A stretch of DNA of 64,000 bases from an uncultured delta proteobacterium. GTDB lineage: Bacteria; Desulfobacterota; WTBG01; CAIYCZ01; CAIRTM01. The notes below the pieces were generated by a model. It ran no database searches. It was not told where the DNA came from and saw only the letters and a program-made list of their open reading frames with translations. Each line of letters starts with the position of its first letter. Positions within the stretch are counted from its first letter, which is position 1. This document shows positions 9,573 to 19,967 of this stretch, in pieces. The stretch is from assembly GCA_963804955.1 (NCBI GenBank), contig CAWDSQ010000005.1, positions 96,001 through 160,000 of the forward strand, written 5' to 3'. The position numbers and the translations under genes were made by a program.

Positions 9573-11463
9573 GCCGCGCAAAATTCTATCGGGGCTATAC
9601 CCGTAAAATTATCCGGGTCAATCTCACCGACGGCAGCACAGCCATTGAGGAGATGCCCAACGGTCAGCTGATGAAATATATCGGCGGGGCGGGCCTTGCC
9701 GCGCGCATGCTCTATGATGAGCTGGAGCCGGGGCTTGATCCTCTGTCCTACCGCAACAAGGTCATATTTCTTGCAGGCCCCCTTGCCGGCACCAGCGCCC
9801 CAACGGGGAGCCGCATCGGCGCGTATACGAAATCGCCCATGACAAATGGGTTTTTTCATTCATCGGCAGGCGGCAGCTTTGCCGCCGAGCTGAAATTTGC
9901 AGGTTTTGACGGCGTGGTGATTGAAGGCAGGAGCGAAAAGCCGGTGTACCTGTTTATCACCAATAACCTTGTGGAGCTTCGTGATGCCGCTCACCTGTGG
10001 GGCGAGCGGACATACCGGGCCCATGAGCTGTTGAAAAGCGACATCGGCGACGAGGCTGCCCAAATCGCCGTCATCGGCCCGGCAGGCGAGCGCCTTGTGC
10101 GTTTTGCTTCGGTTATCGTCGGCGGCCGGGCACTGGGCCGCGGCGGCCTGGGCGCGGTGCTCGGCTCAAAAAAGTTCAAAGGCATTGCCGTGCGCGGCAA
10201 AGGCGGCATAGAGGTCGACAATATGGAGGATACCCTGCAAAAGACAGCCGAGCTTCTGCGGATCATGCGCGGCAATCCCTCCACAGGCCAGATACTGCCG
10301 CGCTTTGGCACGCCGGTGCTGGTGAATGCCAATAATGCCCTGGGCGTTTTCGGGTCGCGCAACTGGCAGCGCGAAACATTTGACGGAGCTGAAGGTCTTT
10401 CAGCTGAGACCATGCGCGAGAAAATTTTTGTGCGCGACAAGTCCTGCTTTGCCTGCCCCATCGGCTGCACCAAGTACACCACGGTGCAGCAGGGCGAGTA
10501 TACGGGCTCAACAGTGGAGGGGCCGGAGTATGAAAACATCTATGCCCTGGGCTCAATGCTTGAAAATTCCTCTATCGAGACAGTGGCGGCTGCCGAGCGC
10601 GAGTGCGATGAGCTCGGCATGGATGCCGTTGAAACGGGCGTTGCCATAGCCTTCACCATGGAGGCCCGCGAAAAGGGCTTGCTGTCGCTGGAGGATGTGG
10701 ACGGCCTGGACCTGCGCTTTGGCAATGCCGCGGTCATCATGCCCATGGTGCACAAGATCGGCATGCGCCAGGGCATCGGCGACATGCTTGCCGAAAGCGT
10801 GAAGCGGGCGGCTGAGAAAATCGGCAAAGGTGCTGAAGATTTTGCCATGCAGAACAAGGGCATGACCTTTCCGGGTCATTCGGCGCGCGGGCTGCCGGGC
10901 TTTGCACTTGGGTATGCCACAGGGCCGCGGGGCGCTTCGCATCACGACGGCAGGCCAACGGGCGAGCGCTCGGGCGTTGTTTCACGCGACACCACCGAGG
11001 GCAAGGGCATGTACGTGATGAAGGTGAATCATCTGAATATCTTCACCGATTCCATGATCGTCTGCCACCTTGCCGAATCGGTCTGGGGCCTCACCGGAAT
11101 CGGACAGAATGTGGTGGATATATTTAATGTCGTTACCGGGCATGGATTTAACCGTTGCACAGGCAGAGGAGACTGCCGAGCGCATGTGGAATGTGATACG
11201 GGCCTTTAATGTGCGCGAGGGCATGCGCCGGGCAGATGATACGCTTCCCAGGCGTTTTCTTGAAGAGCCCATACCCGACGGGCCCTCCAGGGGCATGGTC
11301 GTGAGCCGGCAGATGCTTGAAACAATGAAGGATGATTACTATATGGTGCGCGGCTGGGACTCTGCAGACGGGCATCCCCACGCCCGAGCGGCTTCAGAAG
11401 CTTGACCTGCCGGACATTGCCGAGGACATGCTGAAACTGTTAGCTGCTGAAAGGAGGGCCTGA
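9569..11463 (+). CDS. aor: tungsten aldehyde:ferredoxin oxidoreductase family protein (frameshifts near 11140 and 11370)
   Basis: YIGGAGLAA, TKSPMT, GRGGLGAVLGSKKFKGI, CFACPIGC, EGPEYE, FNVREG..DDTLPRRF, RGWD..GIPT. Confidence 0.92.
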
Positions 11464-11465
11464 GC

Positions 11466-12893
11466 ATGAAGACGCGCTATAAAATAGCCATTGCCGTCGT
11501 GCTGTTTATCACGATTTCAGCGGCATTTTCAAACAAGCAGGACGATACGGGCTACCGCCGCTACCTGCTGCAGATGCTGGACAAGAAGGGCGTTGAGGGA
11601 AAACCCGGCGTTCTGCTTACTGCGCTGGGGCAGCCCGAGGAATATGATTTCAAGTTTTTCGACCGGTACCTGCAGCAGATTTTTAATGCCGCTTTCCCCC
11701 CGGCTCTGAAGCCCCTCATCCTTGGGGATACAGGCGTTGTCCTGATGGACCCGAAGCATATGACCGCCCCGGAAGAGTTTAAGCCGGAAAAGCTTGTCGA
11801 CTGCTTCGGCCATGACGCAAACGAAGAAGGCGAGCCCTATGTTGATCTTCCCTATGAGTGGGCTCCGCCGCGCGAGAAGGGGTCACCGGGCCATTTTGTC
11901 TGGAAGGAACACAAAAACGGGTATATCGATCTTGTGGAAAAGGTTTCCATAAAAATACTGGTGACCTACTACGGCATTATGCCGGGTAAAAAAATTCCCT
12001 ATATGCAGCAGCACAAGGCGATATTTGCAGACTTTGAAACCATGCTGAACAAGGAGTTTCCGGGTGTGCCCATGCGCTGGGGCCTCGCCATGTACCCGGA
12101 AACTATTGAAGCAGCTGTCAATGAACTCATAGAGACGGAAAAAGTTAAAACAATTGTAGTGGTTGACTTTTTCCATGTCTATTCAGCCCTTGAGGAATTC
12201 AACGGGCTGTTTCCCGAGATCAAGGATGCCGTGGCCGAGCGCGCCAAGATCATCTATGCGCCGTTTCCCGGAGCCTATGCATCCTACCGCAAGGCCTATG
12301 TTGCCATGGCGCAGGATGAAATTGCAAAGCTTCCCAGACAAAACCGTAAGCTGATCGTGCTGACGCGCCATGGATTTCCCGACCTTGCCGGAGACCCCTA
12401 TCCGTTGCTTGCCAAGACTTTTTATGTCAGCCTGAAGCAGGAGATCGAGCAGGCGATTGCCGGCAATACTGCCCATGTGGTTTTCGCCGATACGGATTTT
12501 GCCGGTGAAAAGGACGATACGGGAAAAAAGAAGCTGGCAAGTTTTGAAGCCCTTGAAGCGGGTCTTGCAGACGGCTACGATAATATCGTTTTTATTCTGG
12601 TTGATTTTCTGAGCGAGAACACGGACACGATATTTGCCATGCGCGTGGAGACGTTCGAGAAGCTGCATTTTACGTACGAGGGCCAGGTTCCGTATCCGGA
12701 TTTTTCGCAGCCCTATCGCACCGAGCTGCAGGCCGGCAAAACGAAAATAACGGTTGCGGGCACGCCGGTGGGAGACCGGTACCGGCCCCATATTGCGCGG
12801 GGCATTTTTGATGCTGCAGCAACCGTGCTGCGCGGCAAAGAATGGCCGCTGCTGCTTTTGGAAGAAAAGAAAAAGAAGCAGGGGATGTTTTAA
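11466..12893 (+). CDS. exported ferrochelatase-like (class II chelatase fold) protein
   Basis: N-terminal signal/anchor; GVLLTALGQPE, IVVVDFFHVYS, LTRHGFP..DPY and DFLSENTDT match the spacing of HemH motifs GVLLxNLGxPE, PLYPQYS, SAHGLP..DPY and FxSDHLET. Confidence 0.65.
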   Translation: MKTRYKIAIAVVLFITISAAFSNKQDDTGYRRYLLQMLDKKGVEGKPGVLLTALGQPEEYDFKFFDRYLQQIFNAAFPPALKPLILGDTGVVLMDPKHMTAPEEFKPEKLVDCFGHDANEEGEPYVDLPYEWAPPREKGSPGHFVWKEHKNGYIDLVEKVSIKILVTYYGIMPGKKIPYMQQHKAIFADFETMLNKEFPGVPMRWGLAMYPETIEAAVNELIETEKVKTIVVVDFFHVYSALEEFNGLFPEIKDAVAERAKIIYAPFPGAYASYRKAYVAMAQDEIAKLPRQNRKLIVLTRHGFPDLAGDPYPLLAKTFYVSLKQEIEQAIAGNTAHVVFADTDFAGEKDDTGKKKLASFEALEAGLADGYDNIVFILVDFLSENTDTIFAMRVETFEKLHFTYEGQVPYPDFSQPYRTELQAGKTKITVAGTPVGDRYRPHIARGIFDAAATVLRGKEWPLLLLEEKKKKQGMF

Positions 12894-12937
12894 TCGTCCC
12901 TTCCGGATTGCGATAATTTAAAAAAAGGAGAGACTGT

Positions 12938-13513
12938 ATGAAAAGAGCCGCATTGTTTTTATTCGTTGTTTTCTGTGTTCTTGCCTGCGCAGGCGCACCG
13001 GTCACGCGGGACGCGGCGGCCGAGGCCCGGCCGGACAATGCCACCAAACCCATTGTGCTGTATTATTCGCGCCTGGGCCATTCCGAAATGGTCGCTACGG
13101 CATTTAAAAATCAGCTCGGCTGTGAAATGGAAAAAATCGCTTCAAAGAAGGACCGGGGAATGTTCACGCTTATGGCTGAGCAGGCCTTTAATCTGAGCGA
13201 TGACCAGGATGCCCCGGCAAAAGATCTAACGGCATATAATCCGATTATAATCGTGTCGCCCATTTATTTCATGCGCATGTCGGCGCCTGCGCGAACGCTT
13301 ATTGAAAAATACATTCCCAAAGGCAAGCGGGTGTATGTGTTTACGACATCGGGCGGGCCGCTGGCGGGATTCACCGGCAGGGGCATACGATCCCTTGCCG
13401 AAGAAAACGGTCTTGCGGTACAGGGCGTCAACGGCTTTCAGATTGGCAAGAAAAAGCAAGCTGATTTCGATGCCGAAATTCAGCACGTGCTCGCAAAAAC
13501 ACCTGTTAAATAA
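12938..13513 (+). CDS. flavodoxin-like lipoprotein
   Basis: Lipobox VLAC; YYSRLGHS FMN loop, IIVSPIY, FTTSGG. Confidence 0.8.
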   Translation: MKRAALFLFVVFCVLACAGAPVTRDAAAEARPDNATKPIVLYYSRLGHSEMVATAFKNQLGCEMEKIASKKDRGMFTLMAEQAFNLSDDQDAPAKDLTAYNPIIIVSPIYFMRMSAPARTLIEKYIPKGKRVYVFTTSGGPLAGFTGRGIRSLAEENGLAVQGVNGFQIGKKKQADFDAEIQHVLAKTPVK

Positions 13514-13534
13514 ATTTTGTCAGGAGAAAGCACA

Positions 13535-14137
13535 ATGAAAAAAATATTTTTACTTTTTTTGGCCGGAGCATTTGTTTTTGTCTGCCTCGCCCCTGCTCGC
13601 GCGCAGGAACCTTCTGCCGGAAAAACCCTGCTGCTGTACTATTCCAAGACGGGCAATACGCAAGCAGCCTGTGAGGCGCTTCAGAAGGCTTTGGGTGCGG
13701 ATATCCAGGAAATCAAAGATTTGAACAGACGGGATACAAAGCTTGGAGGTATCGGCGGCATGCTCAAGACGCTTTTGGGCATGCACACAGCTATTGAGCC
13801 GCAGAAGGTTGATCTGTCACCTTATACAACAGTTATTATCAGTGCGCCTATATGGGCGGCAAAGTTCGGCCTGGCCATGCGGACCTTTGTAGAAACAAAC
13901 AGGTTTGACGGGAAAAACGTGGTCATTTTTATTACCTCCGACTCCTTTATAGAAGACAAATATCAGGAGAAACAACGCCAGGTGGTTAAAGATTCAGGCG
14001 GCAAGGTGACCGGCTACTTTCAGGTGCAGGCAACCGATCCGGTGAACGGAGAGAAGGTGCCCCGCAGCAGAGATAAAATTGTGCAGGAGACCCTGAAGCT
14101 GGTTCCGGGTATGCAGAAGGCGATTGCCGGGCGCTAA
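13535..14137 (+). CDS. exported flavodoxin-like protein
   Basis: Signal peptide ending ARA; YYSKTGNT, DLSPYTTVIISAPIWA. Confidence 0.82.
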   Translation: MKKIFLLFLAGAFVFVCLAPARAQEPSAGKTLLLYYSKTGNTQAACEALQKALGADIQEIKDLNRRDTKLGGIGGMLKTLLGMHTAIEPQKVDLSPYTTVIISAPIWAAKFGLAMRTFVETNRFDGKNVVIFITSDSFIEDKYQEKQRQVVKDSGGKVTGYFQVQATDPVNGEKVPRSRDKIVQETLKLVPGMQKAIAGR

Positions 14138-14199
14138 GTAAAAAGCTCTACAAAAAAGGGGACAATATTATTCTTAAACAAAAAAATATGTCTGTTTAA

Positions 14200-14279
14200 T
14201 CCCCCTTTGAAAAAGGGGGATACAGGGGGATTTTTTGCAGCCTGACAAATCCCCCTAACCCCCTTTGCTAAAGGGGGAA
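14200..14279. repeat. REP-like paired hairpins (ccccctttg..aaaggggg)
   Basis: Two ccccctttgNNaaaggggg stems arranged around agggggattt..aaatccccct. Confidence 0.7.
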
Positions 14280-14339
14280 TTTTTTTGCCCCCTTGTCTGC
14301 GAGGCGAGGTACTAAGCTGCTTACCCAGGATGATATATG

Positions 14340-14378
14340 AAGCCGCTGCCGGAAGTGTCCGGTAAGCGGCTTTTTTTT
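14340..14378 (+). terminator. intrinsic terminator ending the MarR-AOR operon
   Basis: AAGCCGCTGCCGGA-agtg-TCCGGTaAGCGGCTT stem followed by a T8 run. Confidence 0.75.
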
Positions 14379-14756
14379 GGCCGTTCCGGCCGCTTTTTTT
14401 GTGCCTTTTAAGGTCGTTTTATTAAAAGCCCAGGAGTCCAGCAACCGGTTTAAAAATAATACGGTTTTGCCGCTTGTGGTACTCCGAGAGAAGCAGCAAA
14501 GTATGGTTGACATTGAGGCCAAGAGCATGTATTGATAATTTGGTAAAAATAAATAAAAAAAATGACCATAAATCTACAATATTTTCTTTCGGATTCACTG
14601 CGGGCGGGCCCGGGCAGGATGAAGCCGGAGGTCAAAGCTGGATTCTGCGGCGCAGACAAGAGGTGCGGTCAGAGCATGCTTGTTGTGAAGGCAGCACAAA
14701 TCCGGTAAGGCCATGTATTGGGGCACTATGTTTTTCAAAAACACGGCTGTTAAGGG

Positions 14757-17700
14757 ATGAAAACGACAACAAAGCTGTCATTGCTTCTTGTTTCTATCGT
14801 CCTGTTTTTTGTCTGCTGGTTTTTGTATGTGCAACGATCCGAAGAGCAGCAGCTGAAGCTGCTGCTGGGCTCGAGTATCGACAGTAAAAACACCATATTC
14901 GACCGCGTCCTCAAACTTGAGGCAGCCCCCTTTGAAACTTTTATTTTCGACTACTCCCACGACGATGCCGTGATTGATTTTCTGCAGCGCCCTGTGGGGC
15001 AGCCCTTCCCCGGCAATCCCGAAAAGCTGCTCAGGACCTTCAACCTGAGCGCCATTTGGCTGCTGCGGCCGGATATGTCCCAGGGCTTTGCCCTGTGCTC
15101 CCCCGCAGCGCCTGAACTTGCAGCATTTCCGCTGTCGACGGTACAGCTGCAAAAAATGCTCCGCCAAAGATATTTCCACCACTTTTTTATCAGCACATCA
15201 AAAGGAGTTCTTGAAATGCGGTGCGCGCCGCTGCAGCCGACATCAGACCCGGATCGGGAAAGTCCGCCGCGGGGCTTTCTGTGTGCCGGACGCCTCTGGG
15301 GCCCCTCGTATCTTGAAATGCTGTCGGGTCTGACGGAGAGCAGCATACGCATTGAAGACATTCGGGCCGAGACCTCTGTCCCCGCGACGGCATATGCTTT
15401 TGATACGGGAACGATCAGCTTTTCCCGCGTGCTGCGCTCCTGGGATGGCCGGCCCGTTGTCCAGATGCTGATTACCAGCGATACTCCGGTGCTGCGCGAG
15501 TTCTCCAATGCTTCAGACGCCAAGATTTTTCAGCTCGTACTTTTTTTTGCGGCCATTCAGCTGATGCTGTATGTCGCACTGCTGCTTTTTGTGAGCTTAC
15601 CATTGCGGCGCATTTTCCAGAGCCTTGAAACGGCGAACCCCCGGCCGATTGCACGCCTGGCGCAGGCAAACAATGAATTCGGTAAAATTGCCCGGCTGAT
15701 CGTAAATGCCTTTGCCCAGCAGCAGAAGCTTACCGGCGAGATCGCCGAGCGCGCCAGGGCAGAGGAGAGCCTGCTTGAGGCCAATCAGCGCCTCAAGGCC
15801 CGGGATCAGGAGCTCAATGCCGGCAATATGCAGTTTCTGGCAGCAAACCAGCAGCTTCAGGCAAATCTTGAGCAGCTCAGGAAAAGCGAGCAGCAGCTGC
15901 GGGCGCAGGAGGCCTATCTGAGTCTTGCCCTCGATATTGCTCAGGAAACCGTCTGGGAACTGGATGTTCTCACGGGCAGGATGAAGATTGTTAAAATGTC
16001 TGATACGGCCAGCAGGGATTCGGGTTATGCACGGGAGGATCTGTATACGAACTGGGAACAGCATATGGCGCTGACAGAGTCTGAATCCCGGGAGCGGATG
16101 CAGCGGGCAATCAATGATCATGTGCAGGGCAAAACGGAGCGTTTTGCCTATGAGTCCCGCGTGCAGAAAAAAACAGGCGAGTGGATCTGGCTCTACTCAA
16201 TCGGAAGGGTCTCCGAGCGCGATGGCGAGGGCAATCCGCTGACACTGCTGGGAACATCCATTGATATAACCCAGATAAAGCAGGCGCAGGAAGAGCTGAA
16301 CCTGCTGGCAACCGCCCTTGAGCAGGCCTGGGAATGTGTTATCATTACCGACCGTCACGCACAAATTCTGTATGCAAATCCGGCATTTGAGCGCACGTCC
16401 GGCTACAGTCTAGCCGAGGTGCTGGGGAAAAACCCCCGTATGCTGAAAAGCGGCAGGCATGAGGCAGACCACTATGCGAGCATGTGGGAAGCCCTGAACA
16501 AAGGGCAGGTGTGGCGCGGCCATTTCATCAACAAGCGCAAGGACGGAAACCTGATAGAGGAGGATTCTACGATTACGCCTTTGTGCAATGCAGCCGGCAG
16601 CATCACAAATTTTATTGCCGTGAAGCGCGATGTCACCGACACAATGCGCATGGAGCGCCAGCTGCGGCAGTCGCAGAAGATGGAAGCCATCGGCACTCTG
16701 GCCGGCGGCATCGCCCACGATTTCAACAATATTCTCACCGCCATTATCGGATATACGGAGTTGAGCCTGCTGCCGGGCACGGACCAGAAGCGTCTGCGCA
16801 GCAATCTGGAGCAGGTGCTGCGCGCGGGCGGGCGAGCCAGGGACCTTGTGTCGCAGATTCTCGCGTTCAGCCGCCAGACCGAGCAGGAAATGCGGCCGGT
16901 GAGCATCACACCCATCATTAAAGAAGCCCTGCGGTTTTTGCGCGCATCGCTTCCTGCGTCAATTGAAATACGCCAGCGCATCGACGCGGAGGCCGATGTT
17001 GTCATGGCTGACCCGACCCAACTGCACCAGGTGCTGATGAACCTGTGTACCAATGCGGGGCATGCCATGCGAGACAGCGGGGGCATGCTTGACATCGGGC
17101 TGAACAGGGTCACGTACGACGGCACGGTCACCTGCGGCCACGCAGCGTTGAAACCGGGCGCGTATCTTCGCCTGAGCGTCAGCGACACAGGGCACGGCAT
17201 GGAGCGGGATGTGCTTGACCACATTTTTGAGCCGTATTTTACTACGAAGGGCAGGAGCGACGGCACCGGCCTCGGACTTGCCGTGGTTCATGGCATAGTG
17301 CAGTCTCATGGCGGGGAGATTGTTGCCTACAGCGAACCGGGGAAGGGCTCAACATTTGAAGTAGTGCTGCCTGCGGCTGACGCCGGTCAGGACGCGGCAG
17401 CGGCGGTATCGAAAAGCCCCGCCAGGGGGAAGGAGTCGATTCTCATAGTCGATGATGAAAAATCGCTGGTGCATATGGCTGTTCAGATACTTGAGCCGCT
17501 CGGGTACAGGGTTCGCACGGCCTATGTCCCCGAAGAGGCCCTGGCGCTTTTTGAAGACAGCCCCCATTATTTTGATCTGGTCATCACCGATAAAATCATG
17601 CCCCGCATGACGGGCTTCATTTTTGCCGACAGAATAAGGCGCATACGGCCCGGCATGCCCGTTCTCATGTGCACGGGGTTTGCTGAAAAATCCGATGCGG

Positions 17701-17798
17701 AAAAGGCGCGGGATGCAGGCATACGAAAAGTTTTGAGCAAACCCTATAATGTGAACGACATTGCAGCCGCTGTTCGTGAGGCTCTTGACAAACCCTGA
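14757..17798 (+). CDS. hybrid sensor histidine kinase (CHASE4-like periplasmic domain, 2 PAS, HisKA, HATPase, receiver)
   Basis: [50 protein letters not shown]. Confidence 0.95.
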   Translation: MKTTTKLSLLLVSIVLFFVCWFLYVQRSEEQQLKLLLGSSIDSKNTIFDRVLKLEAAPFETFIFDYSHDDAVIDFLQRPVGQPFPGNPEKLLRTFNLSAIWLLRPDMSQGFALCSPAAPELAAFPLSTVQLQKMLRQRYFHHFFISTSKGVLEMRCAPLQPTSDPDRESPPRGFLCAGRLWGPSYLEMLSGLTESSIRIEDIRAETSVPATAYAFDTGTISFSRVLRSWDGRPVVQMLITSDTPVLREFSNASDAKIFQLVLFFAAIQLMLYVALLLFVSLPLRRIFQSLETANPRPIARLAQANNEFGKIARLIVNAFAQQQKLTGEIAERARAEESLLEANQRLKARDQELNAGNMQFLAANQQLQANLEQLRKSEQQLRAQEAYLSLALDIAQETVWELDVLTGRMKIVKMSDTASRDSGYAREDLYTNWEQHMALTESESRERMQRAINDHVQGKTERFAYESRVQKKTGEWIWLYSIGRVSERDGEGNPLTLLGTSIDITQIKQAQEELNLLATALEQAWECVIITDRHAQILYANPAFERTSGYSLAEVLGKNPRMLKSGRHEADHYASMWEALNKGQVWRGHFINKRKDGNLIEEDSTITPLCNAAGSITNFIAVKRDVTDTMRMERQLRQSQKMEAIGTLAGGIAHDFNNILTAIIGYTELSLLPGTDQKRLRSNLEQVLRAGGRARDLVSQILAFSRQTEQEMRPVSITPIIKEALRFLRASLPASIEIRQRIDAEADVVMADPTQLHQVLMNLCTNAGHAMRDSGGMLDIGLNRVTYDGTVTCGHAALKPGAYLRLSVSDTGHGMERDVLDHIFEPYFTTKGRSDGTGLGLAVVHGIVQSHGGEIVAYSEPGKGSTFEVVLPAADAGQDAAAAVSKSPARGKESILIVDDEKSLVHMAVQILEPLGYRVRTAYVPEEALALFEDSPHYFDLVITDKIMPRMTGFIFADRIRRIRPGMPVLMCTGFAEKSDAEKARDAGIRKVLSKPYNVNDIAAAVREALDKP

Positions 17799-17984
17799 TC
17801 TTGCCGCCACTTTCGCCCACTGCACCCCCTTTTCTGAACGGCAGGCCACAGGGTACAGAAGCATGTATTCCCCGTTTTTTCTGAACAGCCTGTCCGGCCT
17901 GCTTCCAGTTTTTACAATTTGCGCTCATTGAACACTTCATAGTATACAAGAACGCAGAAACGCATACGTTATCCGGAGCACTCT

Positions 17985-19920
17985 GTGCCGCAGCCAGATC
18001 ATTTGCACATCAACCGTATCGCCATCGTGGGCAACCCCAATGTGGGCAAGAGCTCGCTGTTCAACGGGCTGACGCGCTCCTATTCTCTTGTTGCCAATGT
18101 GCCCCACACCACCATGGAGGTGAGCCGCGCGCCGGTGCGCATTGACGGTAAAGAGTATGAGGTGATCGACACGCCGGGCATTCTTTCCCTCGACCTTCCT
18201 GCTGAAGACGGTCTGGTGACCCGTGCAATACTGCTGGAGGAGCATCCCGAGGTCATCATCCTGTGCCTTGACTCCAATAATTTCAAGCGCTCGCTGCTGC
18301 TTGCCGCGCAGGTGATGGAGCTTGAAATACCGCTGGTTGTGTGCCTGAACTTCATGGATGAGTCGCGGCTGAAAGGTATTGAGTCTCAGCCGCAAAAAGC
18401 TTGAAACCCTTCTGGGCGTTCCCGTGGTGGAAACCGTGGCGTCCGAGGGCCATGGCGTGCGGGAGCTTCTGAAGGCCATCCCCCGGGCCGCGGTTGTTGC
18501 GACGGCGAAAGTGCCCTACCCGCAGTTTATAGAGGCTGCCCTTGATGAACTATCGGGCTGCTTTCCGGAAGAGGCCATGCCTGCCGACGGGGTTTTGCTG
18601 TTGCTGCTCTCGCAGGCCCCGGGCATCGAGCGCTATTTGAAGTCAAAATACGGCGCGGCGCTACTCGCGCAGGCAGAGGCCGTCGGGGCCAGGGCAATTG
18701 GCCGCTCAAAAAAAGACATTGCAAATATCGTATTTGAAGAGCGCAGCCGGTGGGCTGAAAAAATCGAGCAGCATATACTCCAGCTGACGCCGACACGCAT
18801 GGGCAGGGTCGGCGAGGCACTGGGTGCTCTTTCGCGCCATCCCGTATGGGGCTGGGTTGTGCTGCTGCTGGTGGTGTACTGCACCTATATGCTTGTCGGC
18901 CGGGTCGGCATCGATGTGCTCGTGCCGCTGTTTGAAAGCAAACTTTTTGCGCCATTTAATGAATATATTGCTTCCTTTATTCCCTGGCAGTTCATGCGCG
19001 ACTTTCTTTTCGGCGATTACGGCATTTTAACCACGGGCCTTGAAAACGCTATCGGCACGGTGCTGCCCGTTCTGGCCATGTTTTTTCTCATCTTAAACTT
19101 CCTTGAGGATACGGGCTATATCGCCAATCTGTGCGTATTCAGCAACCGTCTTTTCAAACCCCTGGGCCTGAGCGGAAAATCGGTTCTTCCGATCGTGCTC
19201 GGTTTCGGGTGCCGCACCATGGCAACTCTTACCACCCGCATTCTTGAATCGAAAAAAGAGCGCATCATCGCCGTTTTTCTCATATCATTCGCCATACCCT
19301 GCGCGCCCCTGCTGGGCGTCACCCTGGCAATCCTGGCGCTGCTGCCCTTTAAAGCATTCATCCTGGTGTTCAGCGTGCTGATCGTGATGGAGCTTGCGGC
19401 GGGCATCGCTCTCAACAAACTTCTCAAGACCGATCTTGTGCCGGACTTCATCATGGAGATTCCGCCGGTGCGGCTGCCCAATCTGAAAAATCTGCTGGTG
19501 AAAACCTACTACCGGCTCAAGTGGTTTGCCATCGAGGCTGTGCCATTGTTCATGATCGGCGCGCTTCTGCTGTTTGTTATCGATAAAATTGCGCTGCTCT
19601 CGCTCATTAAGAAGATGATAGCGCCTTTTATTGTCACCTATCTGCAGCTGCCGGCGGCCATGGTCGACGCATTCCTTTTGTGCCTGCTGCGGCTTGAAGC
19701 GGGCGCGGTGGTAGTGCTGAAACTTGCGCAGATTGGCGAGCTTGATTATATCCAGACCATAGTGTCCGTCATTGTCATGACCGGGTTCATACCCTGCTTT
19801 GCAAACACCATGGCAATCGTGAAGGAGCTGGGAATAAAAACAGCCCTCTGGATGGTGGCGTCAATAACGGCCACGGCATTTATTGTCGGCGGGCTGGTGA
19901 ATTTTGTTTTGAGGATGTAA
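17985..19920 (+). CDS. feoB: ferrous iron transporter FeoB (frameshift near 18385)
   Basis: GNPNVGKS, DTPG, NFMDE; membrane domain LEDTGY, LGFGC, IPCAP, FIMEIPP. Confidence 0.92.
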
Positions 19921-19967
19921 CCTGCAGGCAAGCCCCGGCTTGACCAAAAAAGAAATCGAGGTGCCCC

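Noticed and set aside
11466..12893. Assigning the symbol hemH
   Set aside because: Export signal, extra length, altered motifs and absence of hem genes make housekeeping ferrochelatase function unsupported
14474..14756. Small CDS or ncRNA upstream of the hybrid kinase
   Set aside because: No RBS, recognisable motif or convincing structure
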